The translations under genes and the position numbers were made by a program. Positions 1-10,779 of a stretch of 64,000 nucleotides of DNA are shown here, in pieces (position 1 is the first letter of the stretch; each line of letters starts with the position of its first letter). The notes under the pieces are model-generated. The model saw only the letters and a list, made by a program, of their open reading frames with translations, was not told the origin of the DNA and did not search any database. This DNA is from Dictyostelium discoideum (lineage: Eukaryota), in assembly GCA_000004695.1 (NCBI GenBank), contig CM000151.3, positions 1,312,001 to 1,376,000 of the forward strand, in the 5' to 3' direction.

Positions 1-449
1 CAATTCAACTCTCTATGATTTCTGCACAGGATATATTAAGTGTGATGAAGTTAATGGAAAAATAAAAGAGTTTGTATCATATTTTTTTATTTTTTTTTAT
101 ATTATTTTAACTAACTTTATTTAATTTATTTTCTAGTATATCTATAAAAAACATTATACCTAGTGGGTATAATAACCAATCAATATTACCAACAGACTTA
201 GCGTGTCTTCCTAATTTAAATAAACTGTATGTATAATTAAAATTAAAAAAAAATAAAAAAATAAAAAATTCTTATTAAACATTTTAAATATAATTTATAG
301 ATATCTCGAAAATCTAAATATATCAAAACAGCTTGTATTTTATCAATTCCCTCAAAAAATGGGTCAAGTAACATATAATTATGGAGACTATGAGTGTAGT
401 TCAATTGACCAAAAACTACCGGAAATTCCATTTTTGTAAGTTTGGCAAA

Positions 450-482
<33 letters not shown>

Positions 483-3400
483 CTTTTTTTCTTTTTTTGA
501 TATATATATATATATATTATTAAAATAAAAAAATAAAATAAAAGTATTCTAAAATAAAATTTTATTTTAAGTTATTTTTATTGTAAATTTATTTCTGGAA
601 CAACACTTAAAATGTCATACATATCGAAACAGACATTTTTTGAATTAGGAGATAGTTTTGTGCATTTTGAAAATGATGTTGTTGCGACTCATAATATCTC
701 AATGGTTTCATTTACAGCATATTCATTAAACTTTGCTGACTTTTCAAATTTTCAAGGTTTAGGATTTTTCAAAATGACTTTCAATCAAGATTTTATTATT
801 TCATCAATACAAAACTATTCAACCATTAAATCAAATTCCATACAAATAGAGCACAACATAGATATTCCCTATCCATTTTATATACCTATAAACAATTCCA
901 CTCAAAGATTATCAGTATATGCACGTTTTGAAAAACCAAGTTCAATGATAGATCTCTCAAGTTTAGTTTATTCAGATTTATCTCTTTCGGGAGTAGGAGA
1001 CAAGTTCAATTTAAATGGTGAGATTCCGATAATTCCACCGCCTGGTTGCAATTTTATAATAATGCATGGTAATTTTAATGTATTTCCAAATTTTACATAT
1101 TTTACAGGTGGCTTTACTTCTTTTCAGTCAAACTTTTCAATAGCTTTGCCATCCTATTCAGGTAAAAATACAATGTTTTCAATGATAAACAATAACTTGA
1201 TTGGAACAATTGATGAATCTTGGTGCAATGTCAATTTGATAATTTATAATAATAAATTAACAGGGCATGTTTAATTATAAATTAATTCATAATATAAAAA
1301 TAAACAAAATTAACTTTATCTAACTTTTAATTTTTTTTTTACAATAGAAAAATTCCTACATGTTTTACTTGTTATTTTTCAGATCCTGCAGTTTATACTT
1401 CTTTTTCTGGTAACCAATTTACCAACTACAACCAATCAATTGGGTGCCCTGAATTTGCACCAAGATTTGAATTGATGGACATTTCAACCAAAACTTTCCG
1501 TGTAACAGGTATTAATATAGGCTTTACTCCTATGAATTGGTTATTAAACTCAGTTTACTTTCCTTATAATTCCCAAGCTATCTCAACGGGATATGAATAT
1601 GTTGTATCGTACTTATTTTCAATTATTCCTAATCCAAAATACTTTGGTATATTATTTGTGTATCCAGCACCACCACAAACAATATACTTCCCTCTTGGTG
1701 ACCAATTCCCAAATCCAACCGGAATAAAAATAACATCAAATCAATTATTAATTACAGGTGAATTATTTTCAAGTTATATGGGTTACTCAAATCAATCAGT
1801 CCAATTTGAAGAAACATCTACTAATTGTACAATAAAAGATGGTAATTTCTTTAATATAACTTGTGAATTTGTACCATCATCTATTTCTACCTTAACATAC
1901 CCAACAATCATTAAAATTAAAAATGATAATTTAACAAGAAGAGTAATTGTCAATCCGTTAATCGGACAATTAAATCAAATTCCATGTCCTAATAGTTGCG
2001 ATGATATTAGTAATAGTATTTGTGATCTTAATCAAGGTATTTGTATCAGTTGTGTTGATGATTGTGGAATATTCGGTGAATGTAATTTTCAAACCAAAAC
2101 CTGTGATTGTGATTCAAATCATCAAGGTCCAAATTGTTCTATACCATTTATACAATGTCCAACAGGTTTAAATTCTTTAATTTGTAGTAGTGTAGATTAT
2201 AAAATGTGTAACAATCAAACTGGTGTTTGTACTTGCTCTCCAAATCAACAGGGTCAAGATTGCTCATTACCATTTAAACAATGTCCAGTTGGTTTGGATT
2301 CGTTAATATGTAGTGGAGGTAATAACAATTGTAATAATCAAACTGGCATTTGTTATTGTGATAGTAAATTTACAAATGATGATTGTTCAAAACCAAATCA
2401 ATATATATCATCTGTTTCACCATCAAACACAAATGGAGGTGAGGCATCATTTTTTGGTTGGTTTGGAGATATTCATTCAAATCCATCATTATTAATTGGA
2501 AATCAACAATGTCAACCAATTACATATAATTCTTCAATCGAAATTAGATGTATTGCACCACCAGGTAATGGAGTATATGATATTACTTTTAATCAAAATT
2601 ATATCATGTATCAATTAAGAAATGGTTACAGCTATCTTGAAATTTTTAGAAATTGTCCAAACAACTGTACAAATTCAAATCAAGGAAATTGTAATACTTC
2701 AAATGGAGAATGTAATTGTATAAACAATTATTACTCATTCGATTGTAGTTTAAAAAGAAATAATAATACAGGTGGTAACAATGGTGGTAATCCATCAATC
2801 GATCCATCAACAGGTGGGACTAATATTACTGATAATCAAGTAAATTTCCAAATTTATTTTATAAATTTATTTGAAATCGATTTCAACGGTAATATTGTAA
2901 ATCAATATTCATTACAAAGTAATTGGACTCTCAATAAGACTAAAGATTCACAAGAAAATAATATTTATAAATTAACACAAATCATTCAACAATCATGTGA
3001 AATTGTAACATTGATCGAAGAAATCTCAACATCTAAACAATATTCATTTGCAGGCTCAACATTCACATTAGATGCTGGTTCAATTAAATTAACAATTTCA
3101 ATATCAAATTATATTTATAAAAGCAGTTTAAATACATTACAACTTCAATTAATATCATCAGTAGATAACGAAAATGAAGAATCAGATTGTAATATTAAAC
3201 AAGTTTCTACAAATGAAACCAATACATCCTCATTTAAATATATTAAAATTTCAAAAGATAATAGAGTCCTTCAAGGTAGATTCATTAATCAAATACTATC
3301 AGATGGAAGACCAACATATTTGTCAACTGATATTAAAAGTGATGGTAATTCAGTAATTGCAACATTAAATCTACCACATTTTGTAAATCAATCAATTATC

Positions 3401-3601
3401 GATCCAGACTTTTCAGTTTTACTCGAAAATGATTTTAAATCAGAATGTGATACTAAAAACTCTCGTGAATGGTTAATACCAGTTGCTGTTGTAATTCCTG
3501 TTCTCAGTGTTTGTTTTATTGTAGTGATTATCTATATTATTTATAGGAAACAATTTATAGAGAAACCTCTAAAAATAAAATTAGCAGCTTTAGGAAATTA
3601 A
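1..3601 (+). CDS. LRR / EGF-like / IPT-like type I transmembrane protein, tandem paralogue A (exon 1 truncated by window start)
   Basis: Five-exon model, approx exons <1..69, 137..226, 301..435, 572..1264, 1348..3601; all intron phases are 2 and consistent. Exon 4 is ORF 612..1274 (plant-type LxxNxLxGxIP leucine-rich repeats, e.g. FNLNGEIPIIPP and NKLTG|KIP across the intron). Exon 5 is ORF 1472..3601 (Cys-rich EGF-like modules CDCDSNHQGPNC, IPT/TIG-like GWFGDIHSNPSLLIGNQQCQPI..IRCIAPPGNG, C-terminal TM WLIPVAVVIPVLSVCFIVVIIYIIY plus a short tail). About 90% nt identity to copies B and C, including introns. Intron 4 donor is GC (ACAGG|GCATGT) where B and C have GT. Confidence 0.7.
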
Positions 3602-3689
3602 AAATAAATAAATAAATAAATATTAATTGGTATATATATATATTTTGATCTATTCTTTTTTTATCTATAAATCTTTATTGTGATACAAA

Positions 3690-3960
3690 ATCCTTTACAG
3701 GAGGGTTGTTTCAATGATTGAATAAATGATAAATCAGCAACGATCAATATAATCGATTAAAAGAAATTGAGTATTATTTTGGAGTTATAATTAATTTGTA
3801 ATTAATTTTTCATTTATAACCATGAGAATTTCTTTTCACTTAATAAGTAATTGGTAAATAAAACAAGTAGTACCGAATAAACAAATTGAAGAGATTAAAT
3901 TATATTCATAAAATAATTTGATAATTGATTATTACCACTACTATTACAATTTGAAATTAC
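3690..3960 (-). pseudogene. Truncated, stop-containing duplicate of the C-terminal end of the 7TM giant gene (paralogous to 14640..14900)
   Basis: About 80% nt identity to 14640..14900, which on the minus strand encodes ...FQSIIFIVADSSFIQSLQQPSYKGF of the giant gene. Here the equivalent codons read F*SIILIVADLSFIQSLKQPSCKGF (CAA to TAA stop). Similarity ends near 3960-4020. It sits about 90 bp after the stop of copy A, as the intact gene sits 80 bp after copy C. Confidence 0.6.
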
Positions 3961-4473
3961 TAATTCTGAAATTCTATTTGGCTGTAATTGTAAATTTTGA
4001 ATCATTAATTATTATATTTGAATGATTTTTTGAAAGAATACACATAAAACTATAAATCCTCTTTATATATATATAAATAATAAACTTCTTTTATTCGTCT
4101 CTCTGTTGCTAAATCGTCTTCGTTTAAGAATAATTAACTAATATATAAACATGAATAATATTATAAACAGTGTACAACAATTCATTCTTTATTATTATAA
4201 TTAATCAACACAATATAAACCTCTTTAATGATTCCCAAAGACGTCACATTTTATTTTTTTTTTTTATTAAATCACTTAAAAAAAAAAAAAAAAAAAAAAG
4301 ATAACAGAGATGGTGTAATTTGGAAAAAAAAAAAAAAAAAATTGAAAAAAAAAAAAAATTAAAAAAAAAAAACAAATATGAATAAATTAAAAATGATTTG
4401 GATTTTATTTGTTAGCTCTCGTTGGATTAAAAATTGTCCAAATATTAAAAATAAAAATAATTATTCTAGAATG

Positions 4474-4849
4474 TTCATCTAATTCTGTATATTAAATACG
4501 TTGTATCTACAACTGAAAATATTTTAATACCATCAATAATTAATGGTATTTGAGATAACCTATCTTTACTATTTATTGGATTTAAATCATTTAAAATTAA
4601 AATGTTTTTTTTTACATTATTTAATTTTTTTAATATAGTTTTATGATATTTTACGATTTGATCAATTGTTGGATAACATTTTATAAAATGTAAATATAAT
4701 AATAAATCTTTTAAATTTAAATTTATATTATATCTCTTAACTTTGTTTGGAGATAAAAAAAACTATTTTTATCAATCCAAAATAAGATTTAAACAATCTT
4801 TCATTAGAAAAAAAAAAATTTCTACATTATATTCATTTAATAATGACAT
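4474..4849 (-). CDS. Candidate small gene: a stop-free 94-codon reading frame, possibly preceded by an ATG mini-exon
   Basis: Minus-strand frame with no stop from about 4756 to 4474 (..LSPNKVKRYNINLNLKDLLLYLHFIKCYPTIDQIVKYHKTILKKLNNVKKNILILNDLNPINSKDRLSQIPLIIDGIKIFSVVDTTYLIYRIR*), which is unlikely by chance in 80% AT DNA. A possible ATG exon (MSLLNEYN, 4849..4826) joins in frame through a weak, short GTAGAA..ATAG intron of about 63 nt. No canonical start inside the long frame, so it is absent from the ORF track. Confidence 0.25.
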
Positions 4850-5793
4850 TTTCGAAATATATGTAAAAAAAAAAAAGTTAGTGTAATTTTAAAAAAAGTT
4901 GGTGTAATTTAAATTTTTTTTTTTTATTTTTATTTTTTTTTTTTTTACTAAAATGCCCAAAGCATCCTCTTGGTAACCAGCCAAAGGATTCTTATTTAAA
5001 ATCAGATTTAATTAAAAATTTAAATTTAATTGCTGATGATATTATCACCAATTTAAATTTGAATTTTCAACAAAAAAGAACTAAAACAGCTATCAAAAAG
5101 AATTAAAAAAATTAATTCTGATCTTAAAAGCCATACAATATTTGGGATGTCAGATTTCAATTGAAAAATGTTTGAAGTTTTCAATTAACAATATCCTGAA
5201 AAAAAAAAAAGAAAATTGATTTAATAGGATGGGTTGAATCCAACTAAATGTTAAACATAAATAAATAAAAAAATAATCCAAAAATAAATTTTTTATTTTT
5301 CTCATTTTTTTTTTTTTTTTTTCAGATTACGCCATCTCTATTTGGTATTTTTTTTTTTTTTATTTTTTTTTTTTTTTTCAGATTACGCCATCTCTAATAT
5401 TATTTTTATTTTAACTGTGGAGGATATTTTTTTTTAATAAAAAAAAAACCTATAGTTGGTTTTCAATATAGTATGTTGTATAAAACTTTAGTATCATTTG
5501 TGTGCAAAAAACTGGTTCATAATTAAAACAATTTTCTAACACCTCAAATCTGATTTTTTTTTTTTATGATGCGCGTTGCCAAAAAAAAAAAAAAAAAAAA
5601 GATTCACAAGTCAGAAAATAATAAAAAAAAAAAGATATTTTTTCACAGTGGATATTTTTTTTTTTTGATATTTTTTCCTTATTTTTTTTTATTTTTTTTT
5701 TTTTTTCAAAAAAATATCTAATTAAACTGTGAATTGGTTTTATTGATTTTTTTTTTTTTATTTTTTTATTTATTTTGTTTTTTTAGATAATAA

Positions 5794-6213
5794 ATGGTTA
5801 ATTTTTTTATTTGTTTTTTGATGTGTTCAATGTTTTTTTGTTATATTAATTGCATTGAACCTCCAGTAGATGAATATAATTGTTTCTTTGATTTTATTAC
5901 AAAAATAAACCTTTTTTCATTCTATCCAAATACCAATGCTACTCACTATAATTTTTGCACAAATAATATTGTATGTGATGGAGTTACTGGAACAATAAAA
6001 GAGTATGTATTTTATTTTATTTTATTTTATTTTATTTTATTTTATTTTATTTTATTTTATTTTATTTTATTTTATTTTTTTTTTTTTTTTAACTAACTTT
6101 ATTAAATTTATTTTAGTATTACTATATTAAACACCTTAACTAGTGGATATAATAACCAATCAATATTACCAACAGACTTAGCGTGTCTTCCTAATTTTAA
6201 TAGAATGTAGGTA

Positions 6214-6262
<49 letters not shown>

Positions 6263-9200
6263 CCTAATAATTATACAGATATTTCCAAAATCTAGTTATA
6301 TCAAAAGAACTTGTATTTTATCAATTCCCACAAAAAATTAATGAAGTAACATATGATTATGGAGACTATCCTTGCAGTCCGATTGATCAAGAGCTACCTG
6401 GAACATTTGCCTTGTGAGTATTGAAATATTTTTTTTTTTTTGACTACTAAAATTATTTATTAAAAAAAAAAAAAAATAATATTCTAAAATAATATTTTAT
6501 TTTTAGTTATTTTTATTGTAAAACTATTTCGGGAACAACAATAAAAATATCACACATAATGAAACCTTCAATTTTTTATTTTAGAAATAGTTTTGTACAT
6601 TTCGAAAATGATGTTGTTGCAACTCATAATATCTCAACGATTTCATTTTCAGTGTTTTCATTAAGCTTTGCAGATTTTTCTAATTTTATAAGTTTGGGAA
6701 TTTTCCAAATAACTTTCAATCAAGATTTTGTTATTTCATCAATACAAAACTTTTCAACCATTAAATCAAATTCCATCTCAATAGATCACAACCAAAATAA
6801 TTTCTATCCATTTTATGTACCAATAAATAACTCCACTCAATCATTATCAATAGCGGCACTATTTGAAAAACCAAATTCAATGATAGATCTTTCAAGTTAT
6901 GGTTTTAAACATTTACTTTTATCGAAAGTTGGAGAAAAGTTTAATTTAAATGGTGAGATTCCGATAATTCCACCCACTAGTAGCAATTTTTTAATAAACT
7001 TAGGCAATTTTAATGTATTTCCAAACTTAACAAAATTTTCTGGGACTTTTAGTTCATCTGGGTCTAACTTTTCAATTGCTTTACCATCACATTCAGGTAA
7101 AAGTACAATGGTGTCTTTAGTAAATAATAACTTTTTTGGAACAATTGATGAATCTTGGTGCAATGCCAATTTGATAGTCACCGGTAATAAATTAACAGGG
7201 TATGTTTAAATTAATAAAAAAATAATCCATATAAATCTAAATATATCTAACTTTATAATTTTTTTTTTTTATTAATAGAAAAATACCTACATGTTTTACC
7301 TGTTATTTTTCAGATATCTCATTTTTTAATTATTTTTCTGGTAACCAATTTACAAACTACAACCAATCAATTGGGTGTTCTGAATTTGCACCAAGATTTG
7401 AATTGTTGGACATTTCAACCAATACTTTCCGTGTAACAGGTATTAATATAGGGTTTAACCCAAGATATTGGTTATTAAACTCAGTTGACTTTCTAAATAG
7501 TTACCAAGCTATCTCAACGGGATATGAATATGTTGTATCGTATATATTTGCAAGAATACCTAATCCAAAATACTTTAATGTTACATTTGTTCATCCAGCA
7601 CCATCACAAACAATATACTTCCCTCTTGGTGATCAATTACCAAATCCAACCGGTATTAAAATAACATCAAATCAATTAATAATTACAGGTGAATTATTTT
7701 CAAGTTATATGGGTTACTCAAATCAATCAGTCCAATTTGAAGAATCATCTACTAATTGTACAATAAAAGATGGTAATTTCTTTAATATAACTTGTGAATT
7801 TGTACCATCATCTATTTCTACCTTAACATACCCAACAATCATTAAAATTAAAAATGATAATTTAATAAGAAGAGTAATTGTCAATCCATTAATTGGACAA
7901 TTAAATCAAATTCCATGTCCCAATAATTGTGATGATCTTATTAATAAAATCTGTGATCTTTCTAAGGGTATCTGTGTCTGGAAAATTTGTAAAAATGATT
8001 GTGGAATTTTTGGCGAATGTAATGATCAAACTGGAGAGTGTGATTGTGATTCAAATCATCAAGGTCCAAACTGTTCTATACCATTTATACAATGCCCAAC
8101 AGGTTCAAATTCTTTAATTTGTAGTAGTGTAGATTATAATATGTGTAACAATCAAACTGGTATTTGTACTTGCTCAACAAATCAACAAGGTCAAAATTGT
8201 TCATTACCATTTAAACAATGTCCAGTTGGTTTGGATTCCTTAATATGCAGTGGAGGTAATAGCAATTGTAATAATCAAACAGGAGTTTGTTATTGTGATT
8301 CAAATCATCAAGGTTCAACTTGTTCAAAACCATTTAAACAATGTCCAACGGGTCTAAATTCTTTAATTTGTAGTAGTGTAGATAATAATATGTGTAATAA
8401 TCAAACTGGTGTTTGTACATGTTCTCCTAGTCAACAAGGTCAAGATTGCTCATTACCATTTAAGCAATGCCCAGTTGGTTTGGATTCCTTAATATGCAGT
8501 GGAGGTAATAACAATTGTAAAAATCAAACAGGTATTTGTTATTGTGATTCAAATCATCAAGACTCTGATTGCTCATTACCATTTAAACAATGTCCAGTTG
8601 GTTTGGATTCTTTAATTTGTAGTGGGGGTGATAACAACTGTAATAATCAAACTGGTGTTTGTACATGTTCTCCAAATCATCAAGACTCTGATTGCTCATT
8701 ACCATTTAAACAATGTCCAGTTGGTTTAGATTCTTTAATTTGTAGTGGGGGTAATAACAATTGTAATAATCAAACTGGAATTTGTTATTGTGATAGTAAA
8801 TTTACAAATGATAACTGCTCAAAACCAAATCAATATATATCATCTGTTTCACCATCGACCACAAATGGAGGTGAAGCATCATTTTTTGGTTGGTTTGGAG
8901 ATATTCATTCAAATCCATCATTATTAATTGGAGCTCAACAATGTCAACCAATTACATATAATTCTTCAATCGAAATTAGATGTATTGCACCACCAGGTAA
9001 TGGAGTATATGATATTACTTTTAATCAAAATGATATCATGTATCAATTAAGAAATGGTTACAGCTATCTTGAAATTTTTAGAAATTGCCCAAACAATTGT
9101 ACAAATTCAAATCAAGGAAATTGCAATACTTCAAATGGAGAATGTAATTGTATAAACAATTATTACTCATTCGATTGTAGTTTAAAAAGAAATAATAATA

Positions 9201-10042
9201 CAGGTGGTAACAATGGTGGTAATCCATCAATCGATCCATCAACAGGTGGAACTAATATTACTGATAATCAAGTAAATTTCCAAATTTATTTTAAAAATTT
9301 ATTTGAAATCGATTTCAACGGTAATATTGTAAATCAATATTCATTACAAAGTAATTGGACTCTCAATAAAACTAAAGATTCACAAGAAAATAATATTTAT
9401 AAATTGACTCAAATCATTCAACAATCATGTGAAATTGTAACATTGATCGAAGAAATCTCAACATATAAACAATATTCATTTGCAGGCTCAACATTCACAT
9501 TAGATGCTGGTTCAATTAAATTAACAATTTCAATATCAAATTATATTTATAAAAGCAGTTTAAATACATTACAACTTCAATTAATATCATCAGTAGATAA
9601 CGAAAATGAAGAATCAGATTGTAATATTAAACAAGTTTCAACAAATGAAACCAATACATCCTCATTTAAATATATTAAAATTTCAAAAGATAATAGAGTC
9701 CTTCAAGGTAGATTCATTAATCAAATACTATCAGATGGAAGACCAACATATTTGTCAACTGATATTAAAAGTGATGGTAATTCAGTAATTGCAACATTAA
9801 ATCTACCACATTTTGTAAATCAATCAATTATCGATCCAGACTTTTCAGTTTTACTCGAAACTGATTTTAAATCAGAATGTGACAATAAAAACTCTCGTAA
9901 ATGGTTAATACCAGTTGCTGTGACAGTCCCAATCGTTGGTCTTTGTTGTATTGGAGTGATTGTATATTTTTTATATAGAAAACATTTTATTGAGATACCT
10001 CTAAAAGTTAAATTAGAAAGTATTGGAAATAAAATAAAATAA
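5794..10042 (+). CDS. LRR / EGF-like / IPT-like type I transmembrane protein, tandem paralogue B (expanded EGF-module array, about 1296 aa)
   Basis: Exons approx 5794..6002, 6117..6206, 6279..6413, 6507..7199, 7279..10042. Donors GTATGT/GTAGGT/GTGAGT/GTATGT, acceptors after T-rich ..AG. Exon lengths 209/90/135/693 are identical to copy C. Exon 1 encodes a signal peptide (MVNFFICFLMCSMFFCYINC) plus a Cys-containing N-terminus. The last exon has six 41-aa C-x-C EGF-like modules versus two in A and C, then IPT-like, an extra EGF, a roughly 300-aa membrane-proximal domain and a TM (WLIPVAVTVPIVGLCCIGVIVYFLY). The ORF track called 7403 with a TTG start and the frame is open upstream of it, which supports splicing from exon 4. 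Confidence 0.75.
8060..8830 (+). repeat. Coding tandem array of about 123-bp (41-aa) EGF-like module units, six units in copy B
   Basis: Alternating units CSxPFxQCPTGxNSLICSSVDxNMCNNQTGxCTCSxxQQGQx and CSLPFKQCPVGLDSLICSGGxxNCxNQTGxCYCDSNHQxSx, each beginning CS[ILK]PF[IK]QCP, repeated head to tail. Copies A and C have one pair. Confidence 0.8.
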
Positions 10043-10779
10043 TATTAAATAAAATAAAAATAAATAAACAAATAAAATGATAAATTGTCACTATTATTTT
10101 ATTTTTTATATTATTTGTAAATATTATTTAAAAGATTAAGTTTTTATTTTTTTTATTTTTTTTTATTTTTTTTTTAGGTTTAAAAAATTAATTTTTTTTA
10201 TAATAATAATTTGGTCACTAAATGAAATTTCCAAACCTACCTGAAAAGAATATTCTAAACCAAAAAGAAAATTCTTATAATGTTAATCAAAACATTCAAA
10301 TCTGGCAAAAAAAAAAAAAAAAAAATGGAAAAAAAAATGAAAAAATAGCAAAGATTAAATTTTAATTTTTTTTTTTTAACAAAATTAATTATTAGACGTA
10401 AAGATGACGACTGAACATTTGATTTTTTTTTTAAAAAAGATCTTTGAGGCTACCCAAAAAAAAATGAAGAGGTAAAGTAGATATTAAAAAAAAAAAAATC
10501 CTAAAAAAAAAAAAATATCCAAAAATAAAATCAAAAATGTTTATTTCCCAATAAATATCTCAAATCATTTGTTCTTTTTTTTCAAAAATGAGATTACCAT
10601 ATCATTTCAAATAAAACCAATTTTATTATCAAAATAAATTATGGCAGTTATTAAAAAAATAAATGGATATGTTTTTTTACTTACCGAAGATTTTTTTTTA
10701 AATTGATAGTAAAAAAAAAAAAATCTTAATTTTTTTAACATTTTCCATTTTCCATTTTTTTTATAATAATTAGATTTTA

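Noticed and set aside
243-431. 62-aa minus-strand ORF
   Set aside because: Antisense to exon 3 and intron 3 of copy A; the plus-strand frame there is conserved in all three paralogues and splices correctly.
2313-2495. Short plus-strand alternate-frame ORFs inside the EGF-module exons (also 3174..3356, 7929..8117, 8745..8927, 9606..9788, 14049..14231)
   Set aside because: They overlap the main conserved coding frame in another phase. They recur only because the three paralogues are near-identical.
5555-5590. Isolated GC word ATGATGCGCGTTGCC flanked by A/T homopolymers
   Set aside because: Single occurrence with no repeat, ORF or pairing partner. Insufficient to call anything.
6897-7181. 94-aa minus-strand ORF
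   Set aside because: Antisense to the LRR exon of copy B, whose plus-strand frame is conserved across paralogues.
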